Below, in pieces: positions 1 through 10,953 of a stretch of 56,912 nucleotides of DNA (its first letter is position 1; every line of letters starts with the position of its first letter). The translations under genes were made by a program, and so were the position numbers. The notes below the pieces were generated by a model that had not been told where the DNA came from, ran no database searches, and was given only the letters and a program-made list of their open reading frames with translations. Source of the stretch: Gemmatimonas sp. GTDB taxonomy: Bacteria > Gemmatimonadota > Gemmatimonadetes > Gemmatimonadales > Gemmatimonadaceae. The stretch is taken from assembly GCA_035638935.1 (NCBI GenBank), contig DASQZA010000410.1:1-56912 (forward strand), read 5' to 3'.

Positions 1-1
1 C

Positions 2-1501
2 GAAATCCGTCAAGCGGCACTGAACGCGCCGCCCCCGCAGGCAATGCAGTCTGCGGAGCTGCAGACCGAAGGGCGTTTCGACATCGAGAAATACCGCCGG
101 CTCATTTCGTCGCCGCAGTCCCGGCAGAGTGGAATGCTGGCAGGCCTCGAACAGTACTACCGCTCGGAGATTCCCAAGCAGAAGCTGTTCGAACAGGTTG
201 CATCGGATGTGTACGTCACGGAAGATCGCCTCTGGCAGGTGTACCGCGACCGCAACGACTCGGCGCAGGTGAGCTTTGCCGTGATGCGGCCCGAAATGCT
301 GACAGATACTGCCGTGACTGTGACGGACGGCGAGATCTCGGCGTGGTACGAAGCACGCAAGCAGCTGTTCGATCGCCCGGCGCGCGCGGTCGTCTCGCTG
401 TTGCAGATTCCGCGCACGATCACGTCGGCCGATTCGGCGGCGGCACTCGCTCGCATCACGCGCGTTCGTGCGGAGATCGCTGGCGGGGCCAAGTTCGAGG
501 ACGTCGCAACCCGTGAATCGTCGGACAGCGTGTCGGCGGCGCAGGGTGGTTCGCTCGGCCGCGGGACATTGGATCGGTTCGACCCGTCGTTTGCAGCCGC
601 TGCCCGCACGCTCGCTGTTGGTGAACTCTCTCAGCCGGTGAAGTCTCCGTTCGGCTGGCACATCATCCGCGTCGACGCGCGGCAGGGAGACACGACTGAC
701 CTCCGGCACATCCTCGTGTCCGTGCAGCAGACGGATTCGAGCGCGCTGCGTACCGATCGGCTGGCGGACTCGCTGGCTAAGCGCGCCGCGAATCTCACCG
801 AACCGAAGGGTTTCGACGACGCGGCAAAGCAGCTTGGTCTGACGCCCGCGTCGGCAGTCGTGATCGATAAGGAACCACTCACCTTCGCGGGACAGTACGT
901 GCCGTCCGTGAGCGCGTGGGCCTTCTCCGGTGTGCGCCCCGGTGAGACCAGCGACCTTTTCGACTCACCGGATGCGTACTACGTGGCGCGGGTCGACTCG
1001 CTGACGGCCGGTGGCCAGCAGCCGCTCGCCGAAGTTCGAAGCGACATCGTTCGCCGGATCACTCGCGAGAAGCGTCTTGAAAAGCTGCGTCCGATGGCGG
1101 CGGAATTCGCCAAGGCGGCGCGCGCCGGATCGCTCGAAGCTGCCGCCGCGGAGCGCAAGTTGTCGGTCGAGCAGTCGCCGATGTTCTCCCGCGTCGATGT
1201 CGTGCAGGGTCTCGGACAGTTCGTCGAAGCCATCGGCGCAGCGTTCACGATTCCCGTCGGAACCGTTGGCGGACCGGTCAAGGCGGTGGATGGCATGGCA
1301 GTGGTGCGGGTAGATCGCCGTGTCGAGGCCAACCGCGCGGCGTTCATGGCGCAGAAGGAACAGCAGTCAGCGCAGTTGCTGCAGTCGCTTCGTCAGCAGC
1401 GGGTCCAGGAGTATCTCGCGAATCTGCGCAAGTCGGTCACCATCGAGGACAGCCGCACGAAAGTGCTCTCGTCGCTCCGTCGTCAGGACAGCGGCACCTG
1501 A
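2..1501 (+). CDS. PpiD/SurA-like periplasmic peptidyl-prolyl isomerase/chaperone (5'-truncated by window edge)
   Basis: Frame open from base 2. Parvulin (rotamase) motifs 'FEDVATRESSD..SAAQGGSLG...FDPSFAAAA..L.VGELSQPVKSPFGWHIIRV' and a PpiD-like C-terminal helix region. Confidence 0.8.
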   Translation, partial: EIRQAALNAPPPQAMQSAELQTEGRFDIEKYRRLISSPQSRQSGMLAGLEQYYRSEIPKQKLFEQVASDVYVTEDRLWQVYRDRNDSAQVSFAVMRPEMLTDTAVTVTDGEISAWYEARKQLFDRPARAVVSLLQIPRTITSADSAAALARITRVRAEIAGGAKFEDVATRESSDSVSAAQGGSLGRGTLDRFDPSFAAAARTLAVGELSQPVKSPFGWHIIRVDARQGDTTDLRHILVSVQQTDSSALRTDRLADSLAKRAANLTEPKGFDDAAKQLGLTPASAVVIDKEPLTFAGQYVPSVSAWAFSGVRPGETSDLFDSPDAYYVARVDSLTAGGQQPLAEVRSDIVRRITREKRLEKLRPMAAEFAKAARAGSLEAAAAERKLSVEQSPMFSRVDVVQGLGQFVEAIGAAFTIPVGTVGGPVKAVDGMAVVRVDRRVEANRAAFMAQKEQQSAQLLQSLRQQRVQEYLANLRKSVTIEDSRTKVLSSLRRQDSGT

Positions 1502-1522
1502 GACTGCGTTGCACTGACGAGC

Positions 1523-1556
1523 AAAGAGCCCGTACTCAGAGAGTGCGGGCTCTTTT
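1523..1556. terminator. Bidirectional intrinsic terminator between convergent ppiD-like gene and tatA
   Basis: AAAGAGCCCGTACTC-aga-GAGTGCGGGCTCTTT stem, with an A-tract on the left and a T-tract on the right. Confidence 0.8.
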
Positions 1557-1582
1557 CATTTCCACGCGTGCGGGATGGAGAA

Positions 1583-1840
1583 TCAGTTCAGGAGCCGCTT
1601 AGGCTCGGGACGCTCTTCCTCGACTGCCTTGTCCAGCGGCGAGCCGGCCGCGACACGCGGCTCGCTGCGCGGCGCTGGCTCAGTGATCGATTTCTGCGCG
1701 TCACTGAGGTTGCGCTTGAACTCTGTGATGCCCTTGCCGAGCGATCCAGCGATCTCCGGGATGCGCTTTGCTCCGAAGAGCAGAAGCACGATCACCAGGA
1801 TGATCATGATTTCCGTGAAACCGAAGTTTTGTAAGCCCAC
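1583..1840 (-). CDS. tatA: Twin-arginine translocase subunit TatA/E
   Basis: 'EIMIILVIVLLLFGAKRIPEIAGSLGKGITEFK' TatA signature, 85 aa. Confidence 0.95.
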   Translation of the reverse strand: MGLQNFGFTEIMIILVIVLLLFGAKRIPEIAGSLGKGITEFKRNLSDAQKSITEPAPRSEPRVAAGSPLDKAVEEERPEPKRLLN

Positions 1841-1850
1841 GAGTTAGCTC

Positions 1851-2126
1851 CTAGAACAGGGACCGTGCGATGAGGTATGCGATCAATACCCCCAGCAGGC
1901 TCAGCAGCGAGACGTCCAGGGCAAAACCGAGCGAGAGCTTCAATATAATCAGGTCGATCGGAATCGGCCCGACCGACGGGTTGACGCCAGTCGTCAAAAA
2001 TTCCTTTACTGCGCCGGTCGGGAGGAACCGTCTCGAAACCTGCGTCAGGAGACCGCCAACGACAAACCCGCTGGCCAACACGAGCAGATGAAACACCGGC
2101 CTATGCTTCGAAGGTCCGCGAGCCAT
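1851..2126 (-). CDS. Small membrane protein (DUF4321-like)
   Basis: 91 aa with two hydrophobic segments and an 'IDLIILKLSLGFALDVSLLSLLG' pattern. Start overlaps the stop of the upstream prenyl synthase. Confidence 0.6.
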   Translation of the reverse strand: MARGPSKHRPVFHLLVLASGFVVGGLLTQVSRRFLPTGAVKEFLTTGVNPSVGPIPIDLIILKLSLGFALDVSLLSLLGVLIAYLIARSLF

Positions 2127-3130
2127 TACCAGCGGCGCTCCACGACGTAGGCGATCGCATCCACCAGCGCAGCGCGTGCCGGCCCATCTGGTACGTCGGC
2201 AAGTGCTTCCTCGGATTCACGCGCGAAGCCATCGCTTCGGCGTCGTGCATAATCGAGCCCACCGTGCTCGCGAACGAGGCCGATCACTTCGCTGATTGCC
2301 TCGTCATCCGCTTCAGGCATCGCGAACAGACTCTCCACGCGCCGCCGGGCAGACAGCGGCATTTCCCGCAGGGCGGCGATCAGCGGAAGGGTGACCTTGT
2401 GTTCCTTCAGGTCCAGTCCACTCGGCTTGCCGGTCATCTCCTGCCCTTCGGTATAGTCCAGCAGGTCGTCGACGACCTGAAACGCCATGCCCAGTTTCTG
2501 CCCGTAACGCACCAGTGCGTCGCGATGACGAGGTGCGCCGCAGAGCGCGCCGACGTCGCAGGCCGCCGCGATCAACGATGCGGTCTTCGCGCGAATGAGC
2601 GTCTCGTAGTCGGCTTCCGTGAATGCCAAGGCGTCGAATGCAGACAGCTGTCGGATCTCCCCAAGCGTCATCTCGTTCGACGCGACGGTGATGGCGGACA
2701 TCGCTTCCAGATCGCCGAGCGTCACCAACTCACGTAGCGCACGCAGGTACAGGTAGTCACCCATGATCACCGAAACCTGGTGACTGAACAGCGAATTCAC
2801 CGTCGGCATTCCGCGCCGCAACACCGAGTGATCCACCGCGTCGTCATGCACGAGCGTCGCGAGGTGGATCAGCTCGATGATCGCCGCGTAGGTCACTGCA
2901 CGGGGCTGCGACCGTTCCTCGACCGCACTGGCGAGCAGCAGCAGGGTGGGCCGGAACAGCTTCCCCTTCATCCCCATGAGATGCCCCTGCACCTCCGTCA
3001 CGAGTGGCACGTCAGCCGACACGATGCGCCAGAGTTCGTCTGACACCCCCTGGAGTTCGTCGCGTACGGGCGACTGAATGTCCCGCAGGGCGGCGGCAAG
3101 CGCGGACGGCGAGCGCGTGGACAGGGTCAT
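2126..3130 (-). CDS. Long-chain polyprenyl diphosphate synthase (IspB/HepT-like)
   Basis: 'GKLFRP', FARM 'LATLVHDDAVD..LRRG', 'KTA', SARM 'FQVVDDLLD'. A small Ala upstream of the FARM suggests a long-chain product. Confidence 0.9.
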   Translation of the reverse strand: MTLSTRSPSALAAALRDIQSPVRDELQGVSDELWRIVSADVPLVTEVQGHLMGMKGKLFRPTLLLLASAVEERSQPRAVTYAAIIELIHLATLVHDDAVDHSVLRRGMPTVNSLFSHQVSVIMGDYLYLRALRELVTLGDLEAMSAITVASNEMTLGEIRQLSAFDALAFTEADYETLIRAKTASLIAAACDVGALCGAPRHRDALVRYGQKLGMAFQVVDDLLDYTEGQEMTGKPSGLDLKEHKVTLPLIAALREMPLSARRRVESLFAMPEADDEAISEVIGLVREHGGLDYARRRSDGFARESEEALADVPDGPARAALVDAIAYVVERRW

Positions 3131-5226
3131 CGGGCTACCTGCCCCAAGGCTGCAAGGCGCGCTGCAGCATCGCGGAAGTTGATGTCGGTGGCGTACACCC
3201 GCTGATAATAGCCCCTTGCCTCGTCCCAGCGTTGGAGTGCCTCGCTGGAATACGCGAGGAGATAGATGACGCCGACGCGCTGGTCATCGGACAGCCCCGG
3301 CTCGTGCAGGGCGCGTGACAGGACCGTCGCCGCTACCTGATATCGCTCCTGCTCCACAAAACATTGACCGAGGGCCTCGTACGCCGGAAGGCGGTGGGAT
3401 CGACTGCGCAGGGCCTTCTGGAACTCGCCGATGGCGTCATCCAGCAATCCCATCTCCTTGAAGGCGACGCCAAGGTCGTAGTGACTCTCGTAGTCCTCCT
3501 CACCGAGTGAACGCGCGACCCCCTCCTTGAAGTGCCGAAGAAGCGCATCGAAATCGGCCTGCTCATCACCGCTGACCTCAGGCTCCCGCATCCGCATGCG
3601 CGTGGACATCGGCTCGTTGTCGTCGCGAAGCCAATCCACCAGATCGACGTGCGCGTCATCGGGCCGGTCCACCGCCGTATCGGCCACCGGCGGTGGCGGC
3701 GCGGCGACGCCCAGTGCGCTTCTGGCCCGATCGTCCATGGGGTCCATCTCGAGAACCCGCGCGTACACTGCGCGCGCGCGGACATCGTCGCCGGTCTGCA
3801 GTAGCCCGTCGCCCAGGTCCAGATACGCGAGTCGTAGCCGTCCCTGATCCTGCATCCGCACCGCAAGCTCGACGCGCTTCTGGTGATACTGGATGCGATC
3901 CCCGGCGACCCGCACCAGCACGTCGGTGAGGTCGGCGGCCTCGGCCACCTGGCCGTCGTCGACGTGACCCGCCACCGCGGTTTCAAGTTCCGCGAGGGCG
4001 GCTTCCCGCTCACCCGCTTCGAACAGCGCTTCCGCGAGGCGCTGGCGCAGCATCCAGTCACGGGGCGTGTCGGCCACAGCCAATCGCAGCGCATCACGCC
4101 GCGATACCGCAACGACGCTCGCCTCCGCCGCCACGGACGCGATGGGAATGGATGGCGTGGCGTACACCAGCCGCGTCGGCGCGACCCAGGTGCCGCGGTC
4201 CAGCCCTAGCGCCACCACTTCATCCGAAAGCAGGAGCGGCGGTAGCTCCCCCGGCAAGATGAAATTGTGCGGATCGAGCCTGAACGGGGGCACGCTCACG
4301 GTGACCATCTCGACGATGCTCTCGTCCGGAGCGACGGCGGGATGCGCACCTGTCGCGACCACTTCAGCGACTTCTGCGAGATCTTCCGTTTCCGCCGGCA
4401 GCGGTGTCGGCTCCAACTCCGCCGACTCCTCGACGACCTGCGGCAACGACACGTCGTCGACGGTCGGATCGAAGAGAAGGAAGGCGCCGAGCGACGCGTT
4501 GAGCGTCGGAGGCTTTCCGGTCGGCGTGATCGACGCCGGTGTCGAGACTGGCGTCGACAGAGGCACCACGGCCGGTACGTCCAACGGCGTGAGCACTCGC
4601 GCACCCTGAGACGACGGCATGTCCAGATCGAGGAACACGAGGTCTGGCGACTTCTGATTGCCGTCACCGTTCGATGTCGGCTCCGGCAGGGCCACCGAAC
4701 TTGCAGGCGTCCGGCGACGCGACATCGTGATGCCCGCACGGGCAGCATGCTCGTCTACGAGCCGCCGGATCTCGATGAGATCCGGCATGAGATCCGCGAC
4801 CTCGGCCAACGCGCGCATTCCTTCGTCGACCCGCCCTTCCTGCTGCATGCGCGTCGCGTACTCGAGAAAGTTGCGCGTGGCGTCGGTGCGCAGCCCCTTG
4901 CGCGCGCAGATGCGACCGAGCGTGAAGTACACGTTCGACCGTCCCGGCGCGTTGCGCAGGATCTTGTTGCAGAGGGCGATGGCGTTGTTGAACAACCCGA
5001 CTGTCGCGTAGTGCTCGACGGCGCGCTCGTAGTAGGTCACGGCGTCCGAGACACGACCCTGACGCAGCGTCAGGTCACCGACCTTGTTGAGCAGCGCGAC
5101 GTCGACTTCCTCGCCATCATTCTCGCTCCGCTCGATCGCACTCGCATAAACGGCGATCGCGCGATCGTACTGCTTGAGCCCCTCGAGTTCAGCCGCCTTC
5201 TTTCGGAGCTTTGCGGCGTTGGACAT
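3127..5226 (-). CDS. Multi-TPR protein with long Pro/acidic linker
   Basis: TPR-like helices at both ends (e.g. 'YESHYDLGVAFKEMGLLDDAIGEFQKAL'). Start trimmed to ATG at 5226 (MSNAAKLRKK). ATGA overlap with the downstream gene. Confidence 0.75.
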   Translation of the reverse strand: MSNAAKLRKKAAELEGLKQYDRAIAVYASAIERSENDGEEVDVALLNKVGDLTLRQGRVSDAVTYYERAVEHYATVGLFNNAIALCNKILRNAPGRSNVYFTLGRICARKGLRTDATRNFLEYATRMQQEGRVDEGMRALAEVADLMPDLIEIRRLVDEHAARAGITMSRRRTPASSVALPEPTSNGDGNQKSPDLVFLDLDMPSSQGARVLTPLDVPAVVPLSTPVSTPASITPTGKPPTLNASLGAFLLFDPTVDDVSLPQVVEESAELEPTPLPAETEDLAEVAEVVATGAHPAVAPDESIVEMVTVSVPPFRLDPHNFILPGELPPLLLSDEVVALGLDRGTWVAPTRLVYATPSIPIASVAAEASVVAVSRRDALRLAVADTPRDWMLRQRLAEALFEAGEREAALAELETAVAGHVDDGQVAEAADLTDVLVRVAGDRIQYHQKRVELAVRMQDQGRLRLAYLDLGDGLLQTGDDVRARAVYARVLEMDPMDDRARSALGVAAPPPPVADTAVDRPDDAHVDLVDWLRDDNEPMSTRMRMREPEVSGDEQADFDALLRHFKEGVARSLGEEDYESHYDLGVAFKEMGLLDDAIGEFQKALRSRSHRLPAYEALGQCFVEQERYQVAATVLSRALHEPGLSDDQRVGVIYLLAYSSEALQRWDEARGYYQRVYATDINFRDAAARLAALGQVAR

Positions 5227-5382
5227 TCGATGGAGGCGGATTCCGAGGACGGGCGGTCGCCCCTGAACGGGCGAGCGAATGAAGCGGGCGACGTGCGGAG
5301 CCACGTGATGCCGAGCGCAGCATCGCGGCTGGTGTAAGCTAACGAACCCGCGCGACTGCCGCGGGAGTGTACGAGCGAGGAG

Positions 5383-6657
5383 TCACTCCCTGGAGTGACA
5401 CGCACGCCCACGCGCCCATGACGTACGACAGAGACGCTCGCCGAACCAGTATGGCAACGCCCGATAATCGTCCACGTCGTGGAGTGCGACATCGGCGCTG
5501 AATCCCGGCGCGAGCTGTCCGACGCTGCCCGCCAGGCCGAGGGCAGCGGCGCCGTTCACCGTGGCCGCGACCCAGGCCTCCGCGGCCGACAATCGCAATT
5601 CGCTGACGGCCAGCGTGAGCAAGAGCGGGAACGACTGCAACGGAGACGTACCCGGGTTGAGATCCGTCGCGAGCGCGACCGGGACACCGGCCGAAATGAG
5701 CGCGCGCGCCGGCGCCTGTCGGCCCGTGCCGAGGAATAGCATGGTCGCGGGTAGCAATACCGCTACCGTGTCGGACTGCGCAAGCGCCGTGATACCGGCT
5801 TCGCTCACCGCAGCGAGATGGTCGGCGCTGACCGCGCCCACCTCGGCCGCGAGCGCCGCTCCCCCACCATCGCGCAACTCGTCCGCATGCAGCTTCAGCT
5901 GCAAACCGAGCTTCCCGGCCGCAGAGACTATGCGTCGGGATTCCTCGACCGTGAACACGCCCGGTTCGCAGAACACGTCTGCAAACTGCGCCAACCCGTC
6001 CTGCACCACGCGCGGAAAGAGGTCGCCCGCAAGGACGCGGATCCACTCGTCGCGTCCGCCCGCAGCGTCTCGATACTCGAGGGGAACCTCGTGTGCACCC
6101 AGGCATGTCGCGACGATCCGCACCGACTCCGAGCTCGCGAGCCCAGCGATCACCCGAAGGCTGCGCAGCTCGTCCTGCGTGCTGAGCCCATAGCCAGACT
6201 TGATCTCGACGGTGGTCACGCCTCCCGCGACAAGACGCCTGAGTCTCGGTACGGTCAACGCCGCGAGGTCGTCGTCCGACCGCTCCCGGAGGTCGCGCAC
6301 GGACGCGTGGATTCCGCCGCCGCGCCGGGCGATCTCGAGGTAGGGCACCCCGGTCGCGCGCAACTCCTGTTCTTCGTGCCGCGCCTTGCCGAACAGGGCG
6401 TGCGTATGGGAATCGACGAATCCCGGCGCGAGCAGTCCGCCGGCGCAATCCACCACCCGTGCAGCCGGGTACTGCGCGCGAATCGCGTCATCGGCGTCAA
6501 CGGCCACGATGCGCTCCTGTTGCATCGCCACGCCGATTCCTCGCCGCACACCAGCATCGCGCATCTCCGTGCCGCGGCGGGCACGCGCCGGCCCGGCGCA
6601 CGTCACCGTCTCCGCGGCGTTCACGAGCAGCGTTACATCGCCGATGCCGGCAGCCAC
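5383..6657 (-). CDS. hutI: Imidazolonepropionase
   Basis: 'PGFVDSHTH', 'GGGIHASV', 'GVTTVEIKSGYGL', 'DVFCEPGVF', 'HADEL', 'ALATDLNPG' amidohydrolase motifs. Confidence 0.95.
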   Translation of the reverse strand: MAAGIGDVTLLVNAAETVTCAGPARARRGTEMRDAGVRRGIGVAMQQERIVAVDADDAIRAQYPAARVVDCAGGLLAPGFVDSHTHALFGKARHEEQELRATGVPYLEIARRGGGIHASVRDLRERSDDDLAALTVPRLRRLVAGGVTTVEIKSGYGLSTQDELRSLRVIAGLASSESVRIVATCLGAHEVPLEYRDAAGGRDEWIRVLAGDLFPRVVQDGLAQFADVFCEPGVFTVEESRRIVSAAGKLGLQLKLHADELRDGGGAALAAEVGAVSADHLAAVSEAGITALAQSDTVAVLLPATMLFLGTGRQAPARALISAGVPVALATDLNPGTSPLQSFPLLLTLAVSELRLSAAEAWVAATVNGAAALGLAGSVGQLAPGFSADVALHDVDDYRALPYWFGERLCRTSWARGRACHSRE

Positions 6658-6661
6658 GTCG

Positions 6662-7636
6662 TTACGCCATCACGTCGCGGATGCGCGACAGGATCCGGAT
6701 CGGTGCCTGCGCTTCGCCTCGGCATGCGTAGTAGCATGCGTTGCACTCGATCGGCTCGTATCCCTTGTAGTCCTGCCATGGCCCGTCCGACGGGAAGTCC
6801 GGACAACGACGCACCATTCCGTGCGGGTCGATATGAATCGTCGAGATGCCGGCCTCGCACTTTTCGGTCATCTCACCGCGCACGTAGCGCGGAATCTGCT
6901 CGAGGTAGTACTCCGAGTTGCTGATCGCGCCGCGGTGACGGCGCTTGAACGCAAGCAGGTCGGACACCGCGCGATCCAGTGCCGCATGTTGATCCGCATC
7001 GAAGAGGTACTTGCCGTTCCCGTTCTTCGAATCGGTATACAGCGAGAAGTTCACGCCGCTCTGCATCGCGCGTGCCTTTTCTGCGAGCGGGAGCAGCTGG
7101 TCGAGATTGTCCCGCTTGATGACCGAGTTGAACTTCACGCCGCCGATCCCTGCCGCACGCATACGCGGCACGATGTCGAGGATCTTCGCAGTCAGCCCCG
7201 GGATGCCGCGCGCTTCATCATGCCGGCCGTCGAGATAATCGAGCGAAATGTTGAACTGATCGATACCCGCATCCCACAGTGACTGTGCACGCTCGAGCGA
7301 CAGCATGCCCCCGTGGGTGATCATCTGCAGGTACGTCAGCGGCGCCGCCCGGCGCACCGACGACACAATGGCTTCCAGGTCGCGCCTGAGCGTGGGTTCG
7401 CCGCCCGTGAACGTGACCACCATCGGATTGAAGTGGCTGGCAATCGCGCCGAAATCCGTCAGCTCGGTCTTCTTCGTCTCGGCTGGCGTCTTCCAGTAGT
7501 CACAGAAGCTGCATCGCGCGTTGCACCGCATCGTGACTTCGATGTTGACGAGCACAGGACTCTTGCGTGCCCGGAGCCACGCATACTTGCCCAGAAAGAG
7601 CGGAACGTGCCACGGGCTGTATCGTGAGGAGAGCAT
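6662..7636 (-). CDS. Radical SAM protein with C-terminal SPASM/twitch-like Cys cluster, function unknown
   Basis: CxxxCxxC 'CNARCSFC', 'FTGGEPTLR', 'ISLD'. C-terminal 'CEAG..IHIDPHGMVRRC' and 'CNACYYACRG'. Confidence 0.9.
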   Translation of the reverse strand: MLSSRYSPWHVPLFLGKYAWLRARKSPVLVNIEVTMRCNARCSFCDYWKTPAETKKTELTDFGAIASHFNPMVVTFTGGEPTLRRDLEAIVSSVRRAAPLTYLQMITHGGMLSLERAQSLWDAGIDQFNISLDYLDGRHDEARGIPGLTAKILDIVPRMRAAGIGGVKFNSVIKRDNLDQLLPLAEKARAMQSGVNFSLYTDSKNGNGKYLFDADQHAALDRAVSDLLAFKRRHRGAISNSEYYLEQIPRYVRGEMTEKCEAGISTIHIDPHGMVRRCPDFPSDGPWQDYKGYEPIECNACYYACRGEAQAPIRILSRIRDVMA

Positions 7637-7645
7637 GGTGGGCCG

Positions 7646-9351
<1,706 letters not shown>

Positions 9352-9355
<4 letters not shown>

Positions 9356-10953
9356 GTCAGGAGATCTCCCGCGATGTCGGCCACCGCCGTGGCGGTGACG
9401 ACATCGAACGCGCCGGCGGTAATCGCGACAGCCAGTCGAGCGATGTCGGGCGCCGGAGCGCGGTCTCCGTCGAAGGCAGGAACGAACTCTCGCACGACAC
9501 GCACGGCATGCTCCACCGGCGCGCTGCTGGTGAGCGGCCGCCGAAACTCGAGGCCCTGTGCAGCCGCGATCAGCTCAATGGCGAGCACATGGCGCAGATT
9601 GCGCACCGAACGCCGTAACTTCACCGCCGCGGCCATCGCCATCGGCACGACATCCTCCTTGTTCCCGTCAGTCGGGATGGAATCGACCGAAGCAGGGTAC
9701 GCGAGCGTCTTGCATTCGCTGGCCAGGGCGGCCGCCGTGACTTGCGCCATCATGAATCCTGACTCGAGACCGGGAAAGCCGGCAAGAAACGGCGGCAATC
9801 CCTGGTTGAAATCCGGATGGACGAGGCGATCCGTGCGGCGCTCGCTGATGACGGCCAGGTTGGCGCAGACCAGACAGAGAATGTCGCTCGCCATGCCCAC
9901 CGCAAGTCCGTGGAAGTTTCCTCCGCTCAACAATTCGCCGGTTGCAAGCACAAGCGGATTGTCCGTCGCCGCGTTGAGTTCGCGCTCGATGACGCCTCGT
10001 GCGTGGCGCAGCGCGTCGAGCGCAGGCCCGTGCACCTGCGGTGCGCACCGCAACGCGTACGCGTCCTGCACTCGGGCGTCCCCAGTACGATGCGACTCGC
10101 GAATCGCACTGCGGTGCGTGAGGAATCGCAGCAGCGACGCAGACGCCGTCTGCCCATGCTGTCCCCGCGCGGTCTGGATTCGATCGTCGAACGCGTCCGG
10201 TGTGCCGAGCAATGCCTCGAGGCTCATTGCGGTGGCGACATGCGCAATTCGCCAGAGGCTCGACAGCTCTGCGCACGCTAGAGCGGCAATGGCGGTGTGT
10301 GCCTGCGTTCCGTTGATCAGCGCGAGGCCTTCCTTCGCTTGCAGCTCCACCGGCCGGAGACCGGCCTTCGCGAGCACCGTGCGGGCGTCGCTCCTCTCAC
10401 CGCGGAAGTTCACGTCTCCCTCGCCGATGAGCGCCAACGCAAGATGGGCAAGTGGAGCCAGGTCCCCGCTCGCACCGACGCTGCCCTGTTCCGGCACCAC
10501 CGGCCACACGCCGGCATTGAGCATGTCGAGCAGCGCCTCGACGAGCAACGGCCGCGCACCCGCATACGCGGTTGCGAGCACGTTGGCGCGCAGCAGCATC
10601 ATCGCGCGCGTCTCCCGCTCGGGAAGCGGGTCACCCACACCGGCCGCATGGCTACGCACGAGATTGCGCTGGAGGACGTCGAGCTGCTCGGGAGGAATCG
10701 TCACTTCCGAGAGCTTGCCGAACCCGGTGTTGATGCCGTACACCGGAACAGCGGCCTTCACGGCTCGGTCGACGACATCCCTCGTAATCGCCATGCGAGC
10801 CCGCGCGTCTGCGCCCAGCTCGACCGCAACGACATCGTCCGCGACGCGCACGATGTCGGCGATCCGCAGCGAACGTCCATCAATGGAGAGTGTGCGCTGG
10901 CCGTCGTGACGCGTTATGGAGCCTGCAGCAGGGCCGTCTGCAGGCCCCTCCAC
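9352..10953 (-). CDS. hutH: Histidine ammonia-lyase
   Basis: MIO-forming '[12 protein letters not shown]', 'VYGINTGFG', '[10 protein letters not shown]', '[14 protein letters not shown]', 'SGGNFHG'. Confidence 0.96.

Noticed and set aside
6662-7645. RiPP cluster around the SPASM-like radical SAM
   Set aside because: No precursor peptide, PqqD/RRE domain, peptidase or exporter nearby; flanking gaps are only 4 and 9 bp.
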